The notes: generated by a model from the sequence alone, not told the origin. A DNA stretch of 52,503 bases, filler included, from Sphacelaria rigidula (GCA_964200075.2; 3 parts of 3 records of this genome joined end to end with filler, not necessarily neighbours in it); one strand, 5' to 3'. Positions 11,856 through 25,299 are shown, counted from the first letter of the whole stretch. Numbers and translations are program-made.

Positions 11856-14800
11856 ATGGCGATGATATCGGAACACACCTTACCCCTGCCGGCGGGGGCC
11901 GGTAATCCGACTAATCATCGCCACCGCCGAAAGCAATGTTGCCGTAGCTCTAAGAGCAGACGGCGGCGTGCGTGTAAGCATAATGGTTGGCTTGGTGAAG
12001 GTCGACGTGCACAGAGCCCGCTGAACCCTGCGCAGGAGCAACTAGGCGAGAACCAACGTAGGCAGAAGAGAACATGGAAACAGAAAGTAGCCCGCAAATA
12101 CTGGATCAAACACCGGAAGGGAAGGGACATGGGCATATGAAGGAATAGAAGGAGGGAAAGATCAGCTCGGCGAGCAGCTAAGGCTTAGGCTCGTGCCAAT
12201 CACACTGCCGCAAGGCCGGTCGGTGGCCTGATCCAAAGAGCTGATAGTGGCCACCTGGAACGTACGCACCATGGCCGAGAGAGGTTCCAACGGCACAGGC
12301 CACGCAGAGGACCTGCTGATCTTTGCGTCCAAATAAAACTGTGATTTCGTCGCCCTCCAAGGAAGCCATCGCAATGGACGAACAACCATCCATGCACCAG
12401 CAGCAGCAATCACCGTTCACTGCAGCGGCCGCTGCAATGGACACGGGGTAAACCGGGAGTGCTCGGAGTCGGACTAGCCATCAAGGAGTCTATCGCCAGC
12501 ACGCTGGGCCCAGACGCCATCGCCCCCGAACACGTGAGTACCAGGACCCTTGAGGTACGAGTAGCTTTCAGGCAAAGAGCTGCAACAACCTTCATCGTAG
12601 GTATGCTCCTACTGAGACAGCACAAGGTTCTGAAAAGACCAAGTTCTGGGAAAACCGCAGTAGTTCCATTGCTGAAGTGCCCACCAACGAGCACCTAGTA
12701 CCCATGATGGATGCCAATGCCCGTACCGGACAGAGGGAAGGAGGAGGCATGGATGACGTTCGGGTATCGGGAGAATATGACAGAAATGCCCGGAGTGATG
12801 ACGGTAGACGCCTACTGAAGTACGCTGCGGAACATAAAATGGCCGTCAACAACACATTTTTTCGCACACCGACTCGCGGGGGAAGCTCGACTGCATACCT
12901 ATACGTGGGGCCGAAGGTCGAACACCGCTGGCGCCTGGACTACATCCTAGTACGTCAGTAAGACCGCGGACTCGTCCGAAATATCACTGTGCACCTCAAA
13001 ATGAAATCGGGCCATGGACTGGTCTCAGCTGCCATCCATCTCCTCGGACGGAGCGCACCCAACCGCCAACCGAAACCGGGAGACGAGGACAGAGAAGTGC
13101 GTTTCCACCGCAAAGTCTTTGCATCCGACCGACACAAAGTCATGGTCAAGCTCCTGAATGTCACTAACTCCCCAGCAGCAATGGACATCAACGACATGAC
13201 ATCTACCTCCGCCAACGCCCTACGACAGACGACCGTGGATACACTACCTCGATGCCCGAAGAACCCCCCATATCGTAGAGGTTTCAGTATGCCAACTCAG
13301 GCTAAGGATCGCCTCCAAAAGGCGTGGAATCTCAGGGAAAGTGTATGGAAGAAACTGCGCGCCAACCCCGAAAATATTGTCCTGAAGAAGGCGCCGAAGT
13401 GACGGACAAGGCGTTCAAACGGGTAAAGGATGCTGAGCTGCAGAACTTCGTTCACGAGTTCACAGCCTGGATAACAGCGTTTGTTCGCAAGAAGGACCAA
13501 GCAGAGGTGTACCAGCACATCAAGTCCTTGGAACTGGAAGGGAAGAAGCAGCGCGACTCAACCCACGTCAGGAGCGCGACTGGCGAGCTGTTGCGGGACA
13601 GGCAAGCTAGCCTGCAACGATGGAAGGAGTGGCTTGAAATACTACTGAACGCAACCTCGCCTATGATCGACCACTCTGTCATCGATCTCATCGAACAGAT
13701 GCTGGAGCACGCACCGCTCCCGGCGGAGCCCTCGATGGCAGAAGTGAAGGAAGCGGTGGGCAAGCTGGCGAACGGCAAGGTCGTTGGGACGGACAACATA
13801 TGTGGCGAACTATCGAAGCTTGGTCGCACCGAAGACTCTGCCATCCTGGAGTGCATCCACAACATCGTGCTCACCGTGTGAAGTCTGGACGTAGTGCCGC
13901 AAGGATGGAAAGACACCATCATCAAGGTGCTTTTTAAGAACCAGGACCGAATGCGGTCACAATGCACACGCACTCCCCGAACATGGAGGCGCATGAGGTC
14001 GAGGTGGAGGCAGCGTGCCAAAGATACAAGCACGTTGAGTCTTTCCTCTACCTTGGCGGGAAAATCAGCAGCATCGGCGATGTCACTTCTGATATCCACA
14101 GCCGCATTGGCCAGGCCTGGACGTGCTCCTTCAAGTACAGCAGAGCGGTATACGACAACCCGTACATCGCCCTGGCGACCAAGGTTCCTTTCCTGGAGAC
14201 TGAAGCGATCGAGGTAATGCTGTACGGCTGCGTGACCTGGACGATCGCACACGATAAACCCGGCGCGTTACGGAAGGCCCATCGAGGTTTCTCGCTGAGG
14301 TGCCTCAAAAAGCATACCTCGAGCCACAGCGTCCGTGACTAGCACATGCTGCCATACCACGACTGCGTCGAGGCCACCGTGATGACACGAATCCTCCTAC
14401 GCACCGGCCGCGTTGTGCCGTTGTGCGCATGCATGATGAGCACCTCCCCAACGTCGCCACGCGTAGAGTGATGGTTGGAGGGAAGAAATAGGCATGCCGA
14501 CCTGCAAGGCTCCTATAACACTGTAATGTATACTGTATCACGGAATGTTCTTACTTTGGAATAAGCGCGACATCGTGGAGACGCAGGTTGCCCAAGATGT
14601 ATCCAGATGGTACCGAGTCATAGAGGATGAGGCTAACATGCATATTGCAATTTGGATCAAAGCACACCATGCTAAGGAATTGTTTGCTGTGCTGCTACTA
14701 GAGTTCTCCCAGTGCCTACTGAGAAACTACGGGAAGTAACCAGTAGCCCTTCGGGTAGTACGCTCGCTAGTGCATCTGCGGTCTTTCCGACCAGCATCGG

Positions 14801-15215
14801 TAGATGTCTACGAGGGCGCCTGGGGTTGTTGACTTTGACCCTCGCTTGGTGGCCATGCTTGTCCCCTTTTTGTCATCTGTCTTTTCTTGTCATCTTTTTT
14901 TTTCCTTTTCTTTCGGCGTGCTTTTTAGCAGATCTGCAGTTTTCGTTTTTTTCTCCTTCATCCCGATGAAGTCGAGGAAGATATTTCTCACCTGTTTTCT
15001 TGGCATCTCTCTGATTATTTAATTTTGGTAATATCTTTGTTGATTGTTTCTGTTCTTGTAATTAATCTGGAGTCTCAGAAAAATGACGAGGCCTCTACGC
15101 CTTGTAAGGAATAGCAGGGAAGATATTGGGAAAGACAAGCCTGCGTTTGTGACCACGGGTCCGAGAGATCGGACTAATGTGCGGAAAATATGTATGAAAT
15201 AATGATAATAATGAC

Positions 15216-15292
<77 letters not shown>

Positions 15293-15293
15293 C
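11856..15293 (+). mobile_element. RTE-like LINE with internal deletion of the RT core (LINE-B)
   Basis: Basic leader, APE endonuclease (VATWNVRT, DFVALQ, MDANAR, NNTFF, LDYILVRQ), RT N-terminus (GKVVGTDNICGEL, WKDTIIKVLFK) joined directly to the post-YADD region (VESFLYLGGKI), T-rich 3' UTR, (TAA)n tail. Confidence 0.9.
15215..15288. repeat. (TAA)n microsatellite forming the LINE-B tail
   Basis: Pure trinucleotide run directly after the LINE-B terminus. Confidence 0.95.
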
Positions 15294-15752
15294 ACGGTCC
15301 TCGTGCATTCGAAAAACTTCATCATTACAAACGTACCCACCGCTGGCCGCAACCAACACCATTGAACATAGTGCTCAGCTTTTCCATTGCCCCGCTATTC
15401 TATTGCCCTGATTTTCTTGCTTCGTGGCGATTCCAAAACATTGTCATCGTCCACTCACTCTAGTTGGAGATGTGAATGTTTAGCAAACTCCTTGAAGCTG
15501 TCGGTTACATCGCCAGCCTCTACAGCAGAGCCGAGACTCGAAGGCCGTGCTCGCTTCCGCGGAGGTGCCTAGACGATGTTAAATCCGAAAAAAGACGCCA
15601 AGGAAATTTTGCACGGCAGGGGCGGGAAATGACACGATCGCAACTAGATCAGACTAGCTCGCGCAAATGTCCAAAAGGCGAGGTTATGTTGGTGTTCGCT
15701 TGCAAAGTGGAAAATGCACACAAAGAATCTCGACAAATTACTTCCCCGCAAT

Positions 15753-15783
<31 letters not shown>

Positions 15784-15799
15784 GCAGTAGCGGCAGCGG
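15753..15799. repeat. (GCA)n microsatellite
   Basis: Trinucleotide run with a degenerate 3' end. Confidence 0.9.
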
Positions 15800-16219
15800 G
15801 AGCTACTCAAATTCGGAATTATTTCTTGGTGCAAGAGAACTGGTGTTGTCTGCTGCAGTCGACTTCAAAGGCATAGGGAATCAATGATGGACATAAAATG
15901 CACGCAGCGGGGGGTACAATAGCAATAGCCCTACTATACACAGTCCGCACGGCATAACAACAAGATAACCCCACTAATCACCGACAGTGGTCTGCCTAAT
16001 GGAGTGCAAGACTTCCAGATGATGACATAAACATGGATATATTTATACTAGTTCTTACCCCCGAATTTCTCGTGAACCGGGAGAACCTGCACGAACCCCA
16101 CGACTATCAAAACACCTTCCACCACACTCAAATAAGTCTCTTCAACGAGATGACGACATGGCGTCCGGCGGTGAGACCGACACCGCTTCTCGGCAAAATC
16201 GCTTTTGAAGAAACCATTC

Positions 16220-17439
16220 TACTAGGGGGTAGGGGGCGTACTCGTTGGTTGTTTGCCTGCGTCGTTTGACCACTAGGGGGTAGGGGGGGGCGTACTCATT
16301 TGCTGCTTGCCTTAGTCGTTTGACCATTGACCACGCATTCCTTTCGAGACAGCACCGTTCCTACCCCTAATAGAGCCACCCCGAATATTCCGGCGCTCAT
16401 TACGTTTCTTGCATACATTACACAAAAGTCTTTCAAATGTCTTATCCCCATCCTGTTTCGCAGTCTCTGGCCACAATCTATCTCCTAGTATAGACATGGT
16501 TTTCTCGCTACTGTCTAATGCATCAAACGATTTCATGCTATCTTTGTTCACGTCCCGCATTTCCCCCTCTAGCACGCCCCGTTCCTCCTTGTATAGCTCA
16601 CATTCTGCCACTACATGACTCCTGCTCTCTAATCCTTTGCCACAGGGGCAATTCGGTGTATCAACGTCCCTCCTCCGTTCGACGACTGGTATATCTCTGT
16701 ATTCTTTTTGGCAGGTCCAGGCCCCCCACCCGAAATCGCAATTTCATACTTTTCGCAGCGTCCATTGGGCCATGCAAATATGCTTCATCCCTACCTCCTC
16801 TCTCAACCACCCGTATATCTCCAGGTGTTCTTCCTCGTCTACTTTGCGTCTGGGCGGTTTTTCCCCCTTAATTTCTATCATATCTCTTACTTTTGCTTTG
16901 TACCCCGCGTCTTCCTCTATGGACAGTATCTCGTCTTGGTTTCCTCCTATCTCCTTCCATGTTTTCTCGACTTCTTTATCCCACCTTACTCCAGCATTCC
17001 CTCTCGTAATGTTCTTCCATACAGCCCCATCATATAGGTGGCAATCTCTTTCTCTGCATGTTCTTTACACTATGTTGCCATCGCAATTTCCTCATGTCTC
17101 TGTTTGTTTTTAGTGGGTACATTACCAACTCTGCTCTCAAAACCGTATTACTCGTCATTTTCGAGTATCCAAGTATCTTCTTAGCTGCTGCCATCTGTAC
17201 TGTTTCCAACCTTTGCACCAACTTGACGTTCCTCTCCCATACCTCTCCTGCACGTTCCAGCTTTGGTACGATCACGTTCATCAGGACACATCTCTTGATC
17301 CTAGTGTCGAGGTGCGGGTCTCTGAGGATCACGTCCAACTTGCCTATCTGTGCCCTACCCTTTTCTATTACTTCGTTTATGTGTGCATCCCAAGAACAGT
17401 TTTTTTTATATCTCTACGCCAAGGTATGTATACTGGTCT
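16220..17439 (-). mobile_element. 3' portion of a LINE with C-terminal CCHC motif and C-rich tail (LINE-C), cut by the gap
   Basis: RT C-terminal region (SWDAHINEVIEKG...IVPKLE...LETVQMAAAKKILG...VLRAEL) and zinc-knuckle-like NCPCGKGLESRSHVVAEC (~16600-16660). Ends gagtacgccccccctaccccc, with the terminal ~50 bp duplicated in tandem. Confidence 0.85.
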
Positions 17440-17539
17440 NNNNNNNNNNNNNNNNNNNNNNNNNNNNNNNNNNNNNNNNNNNNTTAATTAATTAANNNNN
17501 NNNNNNNNNNNNNNNNNNNNNNNNNNNNNNNNNNNNNNN
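17440..17539. other. Artificial assembly spacer
   Basis: N44-TTAATTAATTAA-N44, exactly 100 bp, with stops in all six frames. Confidence 0.97.
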
Positions 17540-17614
17540 TCCTTGCACTCTGTGACCACGGGTTCGAGAGATCGAGCTAATATGATGGATATAATAATAA
17601 AAAAAATAATAATA
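17540..17614 (+). mobile_element. LINE-B-type 3' end
   Basis: tgtgaccacgggttcgagagatcgagctaat + (TAA)n; matches 15148-15200. Confidence 0.75.
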
Positions 17615-18689
17615 GGTATGGATGGACTCCCCCAAGTATTGAGTATTTTCAAGTACCTGAGAAAGTGAGCTGTACGTACCCTACCCTAATCTAGACGCCT
17701 TCGAGACAGAAACAAGGAGGGGGGGGGGGGCGGGTCAGGGAAGGTGACGGTTGTCGGAGTTGTTGATTGGCTCCGTGAGTGGGAAAGTATATGCCTGCCT
17801 CGACCAACGGAACTCATTTTCATCTCAACCAATCCGTGCTGGTGATTCATTTCATCTCAAGATCCCGAACCAAGTACTGTAGGTCGGTGGAAGGTGTAGC
17901 CCATGTAGTGTTTTTTCTTCTTCTGTTTTCTGTCGCATGACACCGTGATGACGAGGCTTGACAGAAAAAGGATTTCATGGTGTCGATGGGCTGCGAAAGA
18001 CCTGATACCATAGCCATCATCCAGTGCACGACAAGAGAGAGACAGGAACAAAGAGACAGGCAGAAAGAGAGAGCTTTTGGGAAATACTGGAGGAGCACCG
18101 TTATGTTGAGCATCAGGCCACACAACACGATCGCATTGCCACACATGGACTTGGAATAAATATATGGCCATTGAAGGGTTGAGTAACCTGCGTGCTCGTG
18201 GGGATGGTCTTGACCCTGGTTGTGGAAGATGACGCTAGGCCGGTACGACTGGGGGACGACGTCCAAGACGACACCTTCGGCGCTTGAAATGCCGTTCGGC
18301 CATCTGCAGCAACCGGACAAGGGCACGATTGACACGTACGGCATGGATTAGATCAACCAATGGACTTCAAGTACGATGCAACTTCCTCAAGCAGCAACCA
18401 CGTCGAAAGCCCAAGACAAGGGACTCATGCCACCGTAGGTGAGTACAATGATTTTTCCAACGTTTGAATTGTTAGAAGCCTCTCATCCATCTCATCCAAA
18501 ACACGACTCATAAAATATGCAAGAACACGCCACGATTACCATTTCAGCAGGCAGGGGATGCCTTGAATAAATTCTACAACGAAAATATTCTGACGTATTT
18601 CTTTCTGTAGCTTCTAACTTCAGGAGCCCCTCAATGAGAAACATATGGGCTCAAATGTGCAACTTCTACACACTCTGGACAATGGACAC

Positions 18690-20130
18690 AATAATAGTCC
18701 ATTGCTTCAGCAATAGACACGGGGAAAAATATATCGATATATATTATCGAGCACGATAGATGGTGAAACACATCTGTTGATGTGTATGGCGAGGGACTAA
18801 ATTTTTTGCGACAATTGATCGATACCCTCTGGCAATTACTATGGATAAAGATCACTCGCCATCGATGGACATCGTGTACAGGAATAGATTCTGGGATGTA
18901 TCTATCGATAGCCATTGCCGTCATCAATAGATTAGGTAAACCATCCGTCAATACTGTCATCGATATATTTGGTGAGCCGTCGATCGATAGCCTCTGCTGC
19001 CAATAATGCATTTTATGGTATCCATCAATATGGGCATTGCCGTCACTGGCTATCGATAGGTGCTCCCGAGAACAATCGATTGTTGACGGCAACGGTAGGA
19101 TTTGAAAAATAGATTGCTCACTGCAGTGGTCTTATGACATCAACGACAATACCCCTTACGCATGAACACGCCAAGATCTGAGGCGATAGCTGGCCATAGA
19201 TTCTGTGGAATAAGGTGGAAACATACATCAAAATATGTGAAAACATAGCCGACGGTCATTCACCAACGTGAGAGGGAAAAGTATGACCTCAAACCGCGCT
19301 ATACACCCCCCCGATACAAGGCGCTATGCCAGATTATGCGCAAAAGCAAAATGGTCGTGTCGGGATTCGCATTCCTGACCTCTGTAATAAGAGGCGGTCC
19401 TATCAGTTTGACCATCGGAACGCGGCCGTGCCACACGAAAAATTGGATGCGGGGGGTAACTTGAAGAGTTGGGTACTGATATTTCTACACAACATTTTCA
19501 TCATCACTACGCACAACATTTTTGGGGATACATCTGTATTATTATTTTTTTTTCACGGAGTTATAGCATTTTTCTAGTTTTTTTGCATGAACTTTAAATC
19601 ACTCTCACTTCCTGTTTTTTTTTTTTCTGGCATCCACAGAAATGTTGTGCTTAGTGATGATGAAAATATTGTGTCAAAATTTCAGCGCCTAACTCTTCGA
19701 ACTACCCGCCGCATTGCCAAAATACATTAAAAAATCACTGTCAGCCCAGCCTGTATGTATCTATCGATATTCATTGCTGCCATGCATAGATTCATACGCA
19801 ATCTATCAATAGGTATTGCCGTCATCAATAGCTTTGGTATGCAACCTGTCAACAGCCATCGTCGCCATCAATAGATTTGGCACGCGGTCTATCGATAGCC
19901 GTTGTCATCAATAGATTTGGAAAGCTATCGATCGATGCATTTGGTCGGCCGCTAAAGACTTCGGTGTAGGGCCACAGCAGACTGCTGCCCACACAAGAGT
20001 GTGGGCAATTGGTCTATCGATAGACATTGCCAACGACAATAGAAAGATAAACTTGCCGATCGACGGTCATTACGAACGATAATATTGGTATCTACTGCAG
20101 CAGATTATATTGCTGTCGCAATAGATGCCG
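18690..20130. repeat. Degenerate ATCGAT-rich repeat region in two blocks (~18690-19090 and ~19750-20130)
   Basis: Recurrent tatcgatagccattgccgtcatcaatagatt-like units in both blocks. Confidence 0.6.
19447..19715. repeat. Imperfect inverted repeat, ~85-bp arms (MITE-like)
   Basis: gaagagttgggtactgatatttctacacaacattttcatcatcactacgcacaacattt versus the reverse complement of aaatgttgtgcttagtgatgatgaaaatattgtgtcaaaatttcagcgcctaactcttc. Confidence 0.75.
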
Positions 20131-23100
20131 TCTAGTGCCCAGGGTGTTAGCTTCTACTGTACGGTGACATGACTCTTGGTAGTCTTAGGACAATCAAATC
20201 GACCGATTGGAGATCAGGTTAGACCTTCGAAAGAACATACAGCACAGCAGTAAGTCTGCTGTAAGAGCGGCACTTACCAAGGCGAAAAAAAAGGCAGCCA
20301 AGGTGAGTGTCTTTGGCTCGTCCCAACTTGTGTCAAAAATATATACTACTTGCTCAATTGCCCGCAGTTAGGTGGAACATGCACGGACGGTCACCATGCT
20401 GTCTCATAACGGGTCCTACAATAACAAGCTATTCTCCACTGGTGTGAAGGTGTGGGCTAGTCAACGTGATACACATCAGCATCCATTGCACTCCCGACAT
20501 TTAAAAGTCTTGTTTTGGTTATCCGTCGTCGCACAACGCGAGAACGAGAGTTGGCAAAACAACTCCTGACAGCCGACGTGGCCGCGGGAGCGCTTGTCTT
20601 GTTCCCGATAATGAGGTGTGAATCACGCACTACTGGGGGGGCAGGAGCCGGGCAGGATACGTCACGGGGCCATCGGACGGTGACACGATGTCGGGGGCAT
20701 GCTCGGGCGAGCTCACGCCGGGTGCCAGGACACCGACAGGTTAGTGTTTCCCGTCGAACCGAAGAGAAAGGAAAACCAAAAGCCATCAAGCATCAACTAG
20801 ACTCAGCACGGGACGCGGTACCGGGGAGAAGGAGCAGCTGCAGCAGGGGCGCGGGTGCAGGGGTGATTTTAACGGCGACACAATCTTGCTTCCGCTTTTA
20901 TCGTTGCCTCCGGCCTCGCCTTCCCTGCAAAGCCGGGACTATTTTCGCCCGGCTTGGTTGCCATCAAATACATCGCTGCACCCGCGCTCCCTGCCGCAAC
21001 TTTTGCCATCCTGGCTGCCACACTACGCGGTTGGCTCAATTACTGGTCGATGGATTTTACTGCTTTCTCCTCGTCGGTCACGGGAAGCACCACCGTCTCG
21101 GCGCCCTGATGTCAGCCTTGAGCTTGCCCAAGCATACCGTCGACGCGGGCCCCATCATCGGCTGGAATATTCCCACCCCCCGATGGTCTTGCCTACCGGG
21201 CTCACGCCAACCCCAACGCCCCAGCTTTGTTCTTCAAACTGTAAAATCACGCAGCCGCCGCGCTCCTAAATAATGCTCGGCACGTGTGTCGTCAAGTAGC
21301 ATGGTGTTTCGGATGAAATGCCACATGGGCAAACCCATTAGGGAACGGCAAGCGGCTCAGATTCACCTCGTCGTTCGCGCTGGGCTTACCAAGGGATGTG
21401 CATGCGAGTGTTGCCAATACAGCTACCGATCTCGGGGAGACGGTCTGCGCTACATGCTCTGGCGACAAGGTACGCTCGGTGGTATTGGCGTGGTCCCAGT
21501 CCTCCCCACACGCCGCTGCTATCACGGTGCCGGCGGGGCTCGTCTGGGAGCGCCGCCGTCCTCCTTGCCGTCGCCGACACCTTGGTTACTCTGCACATGA
21601 TCCCAACACCAGCTACCCTTACCCCCTTGTGTGGGGATTGCTGTTGCTTTGCTCGGATACCGAAGAGTTGGTGTATGGGGCTATAGGGCTGTAGAGGACA
21701 ACTCGCGGCGAAACTGTAGACACGGTTCAGTCTGTTCCTTCTGCGGGAACGGGCGATGTCGATCTTTGGCGAATGTCTTGGAAAGACATGACGGCGGGTT
21801 GCAGACACATACTTCGCCGCATTATAGGAAGAGGACGCGGTTGGCGAGATGCGGCACACGGTACATGTTGTTTTTTTTTCGGGGGGAGGGGGCTATGCTG
21901 CCATGGAAATGGCAGCAGGAGGTTTTCTGTTATCTCGATCAGCTACTCGTATAGTAATGGGAGGGTAAAAGAGCGAACGAGAATATACTGCAGCAGAACT
22001 ACATGTGCGTGAAAACGTCAACATGTAACTCTGATCCAAAAACAAGAAGCTCGACTATGAAACAAGCGTAGTTTTTCTGAAACGAATGATACGGCATTGA
22101 ACATGGGGAAAAAGTGCAGGTGTCATTAAACCTCCCTCTCGTTTCCTCTCGCTTCAAGCATACCTCGCCGTGCTGCTTCTGGCACACCCTGTGACACGCC
22201 CCATGCTCCCGCCGCAGCCTCTGCCTTAGCGCCTTCTACAGCATGCTGCCACCCTAGGATTGCGATTGATATAGCCACCCCAACGGTAATGTTGAGGGGG
22301 CTAATGTCACTGCTATGCCTTCCTTTAGAGGTAGGCATGGCCGACGCGTAAAACGTGAGGGGGCTCGTACTGTACCCTACCGTACTCTCTCCACGCCGCG
22401 GCTGTGACGTCCCCTGTCTGTGTTGGAGCGGCAGAAAAACGTGTGTCAGCGTTCAAAGCTACTATGACCAACTATTCGAGAGCACTAATAAATAATGGCA
22501 TTATTAAATAGATTTAGTTATTTTGCTTTCAGACCCGCAGTTCATCTTGTACGGCAAACATGTTTTTCTCCTGTGCTGCATCGAACACAAATGGATACAT
22601 CAAGCACGCACTTCATTAACCTAATCCAAAATGACGTAATAAGGGAGAAAATTATAAATTTGAATGGTATATGCCGACGCTATACGAGTATGATGGCGTA
22701 CAGTTTGTGTACAATGACCACACCGAACGTGGTGGACAATTGAAATCATGACTATATACATGCGTACAAATATTTTGAAAACTTGAAAACTTGAGCCCGC
22801 GAGGAAATCTGCGCTCGGGTATATCGCTTGAGAAGAAGGAGTTTGGAAAGGGCAAGGTGGCCGCCTAAAGGGCACACGGGCACAAATAAATACACAAGGT
22901 AAGTCATGTTTCCCTCTAACAGTAATATCTGCGGCGCTTTCCCCAGTACGTGTCATACTGCAACATCACTACTAGGTCCTGATTTTGAATTTGTTCTGTA
23001 GTTCGTTCATGACCAGTAACGGACACCCCTCTGGCATGCGCAGCTTGGCAGCAAATAGCAGAAGAGGTCTGGAGTTATACATGCTGAAGTCGGTCAGTTG

Positions 23101-25299
23101 CTCAAGTCACGCTTCTGTGTCGCACTGTGCTCCATATATCGCGGAGGATAGGCTACCCAAAAGTACGACACCGTTCCGACCATACTAGCTACGAGGTTTC
23201 GCGTATTTCGCCGAAAGAAAATGCACTACAGAATGGAATTAGTATAGTTTGTAGATGCAGATGGCGCGTATGCTGTCCTGTCAAGTGTTGAATCACGATT
23301 CGAGTAGCAGACAACCAGCAAGCAGCCGGCGCGAAAGAACTGGGGCATACCCCGCATACTGCAGCATTGCACAGTGTAGTGCAATATACTACTGTTGTAG
23401 AGCAGCAAGCAGATCTTGAGGCAAGTGATTTCTATCCTCTACTTCGATATAGTACATGCACGCACACTCCGCCTTGTGGCAGCAAGCAGTACGACTTCCA
23501 TATTTCGAATTTCGTAGTATGTCTCTCAAGTGGCACTCGTGGTGTTATTGCATGCTTCCGTAATACGAGTACAGCATATGTACGACATTGCAGACAGCAG
23601 TACAACAGAGGTGAGGACTAGTCATCTCCTTGCTCAAGGATACCCCGTTTGACCCAACATACCACGCGTCCAAAGAGTCCCGCGCGAGAGGTTGGCTCAT
23701 TTCCGATATTGCAAAAAACAAGTTGTTGAACAGTGAAAGTTTTCGCTTTCTCGTTAAGCCCACCGTCCGGAGGGGGTGTTATCTCCCGTGAGTCACTGAC
23801 GGTGCGAACCCCGCGCCTATAACAGAGATGTCTCGACATAATTCGAGCGCAGAAGCGTTTGGTTACATGATCGTCACGGCTTTCAAGGCATTCAAGGTCA
23901 GAAAATACTGTTTTTGGCTGCTGACGGTCATGCTTCTTGCATTTAGAATGTAGGACAGCCCTCACACTTCACACATCAACCTCCGCGCCCGTAGGGTGAC
24001 CTTCCCGTTGAGTGAAATTCGCCGCGTTGAATGAAACGATGTAAAGCACACTTTTTTTCCGTGTCACGAAGGGCAATGAATGTCACAATCTCCAAAAGCA
24101 GCTGTGATCTCATGCCGAGCACACGGGGACACGTTTTGATATACGAGAAGTTCAGCAACGATCCATAACTTGAGTGAAAATGAAAGACCTGAACATGGGC
24201 AACACGTGCAGCAAATCTGTTGTCCGCCGTGACGAAATTTGGCGTGAATTTTTCTTCAAAGATGGGGAGAATCGTGTACGAAATTTCCGCTTGGTGGAAA
24301 ATATCTTTCTCGTGACCTCCCTGTGAAGCAGGGGGAGGGAGTCGGAAAGGCGAGGGCGTGATCAACCGGTGACAGTATACTATACTGTAGAAATCTCGAA
24401 CATGAGCGACACTCCACACCCTCGACACGATGTTACTGTTATCAAAAAGTGTGCTACGCACAGGACGGATTCCATGGTCGTGGGTGTGCAGCATTCAGCA
24501 CCCACCTTACAACAACAGCGATGACTGCCCGAGGCCATCTGCCTGAGAAATTTACTCTCGCGGAATGCAGCACCAGCATACTCATACACAAATTGAAATA
24601 GTGATTGTTGAACTGCTCAAGCAGGAGATGGTTTTGAAGACTGCTCGACGGATGTTTTCATTACGATGCGCCTTTCTGGCCACAGCCACACGATCTGTTG
24701 CCACGAGCATCCAACTAGAGCACCTGCATCTTATACCGTATTCTTGTGTCTACGAGGGTCTCCGCGTTGCGTTTTGAAAATCGCCCAGATTTCTCGCCCT
24801 CTTGGGTCTTGGCTCTTACCGGGTCATCAGCGGCAATAAATCGCTGTCGAACTAAACAAGAGGACTCGCAAGTTCTGTGCAAAGTTCGCAGCATGCTTGC
24901 TTTCTGTCACTTGTGTTCAGATACACCCACCACACCACGAGCTGTAGATATCACCCAACGCACAGATGGTGCGGTATCGTGAACTCATAGCAGCGCAGCA
25001 GGCAAATATGTCGCTACTGGATTTTCTCTGCTCTTCATTTCGAAAGCAAGTCAAAATTGTTCTAAGTATGTATGCCCGCAAACGGCGACCGCGCTTGACC
25101 CCAACAGCACGACCATCGCTGCCGACACGCACACCGCCTATAATAAGTACACTATACGAAGGGCAAATACAGCAGGTGATTGACCGTACATTTGTAGCTT
25201 CGTTGCAGCATGCGGTGCGTCTCTTGATCCACCCCGCGCCTAGAAAGTCATAATCCAGCGACCGAAACCCCAGAGCCGCCGCACAGTGCTACGACTGGG

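Noticed and set aside
13452-14252. 266-aa minus-strand ORF (and the 230-aa ORF at 7300-7992)
   Set aside because: Antisense shadows of LINE coding sequence.
15095-15411. Poly-Leu / poly-Ile ORFs (likewise poly-Ala/Cys ORFs at 15649-15876 and 31776-32179)
   Set aside because: Translations of microsatellites; only 32055-32146 within the last region is supported as an exon.
17484-17495. TTAATTAATTAA palindrome inside N runs (also 35018-35029)
   Set aside because: Identical 100-bp construct at both gaps with stops in six frames: an assembly linker. Adjacency across these joins should not be assumed.
17847-18344. Possible PIF/Harbinger transposase remnant (FNGH, VWPD fragments in different frames)
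   Set aside because: Motifs are too short and scattered across frames to support a call without a search.
20515-21273. 252-aa plus-strand ORF
   Set aside because: Arg/Gly/Ala-rich reading of GC-rich DNA with no recognisable domain or splice structure.
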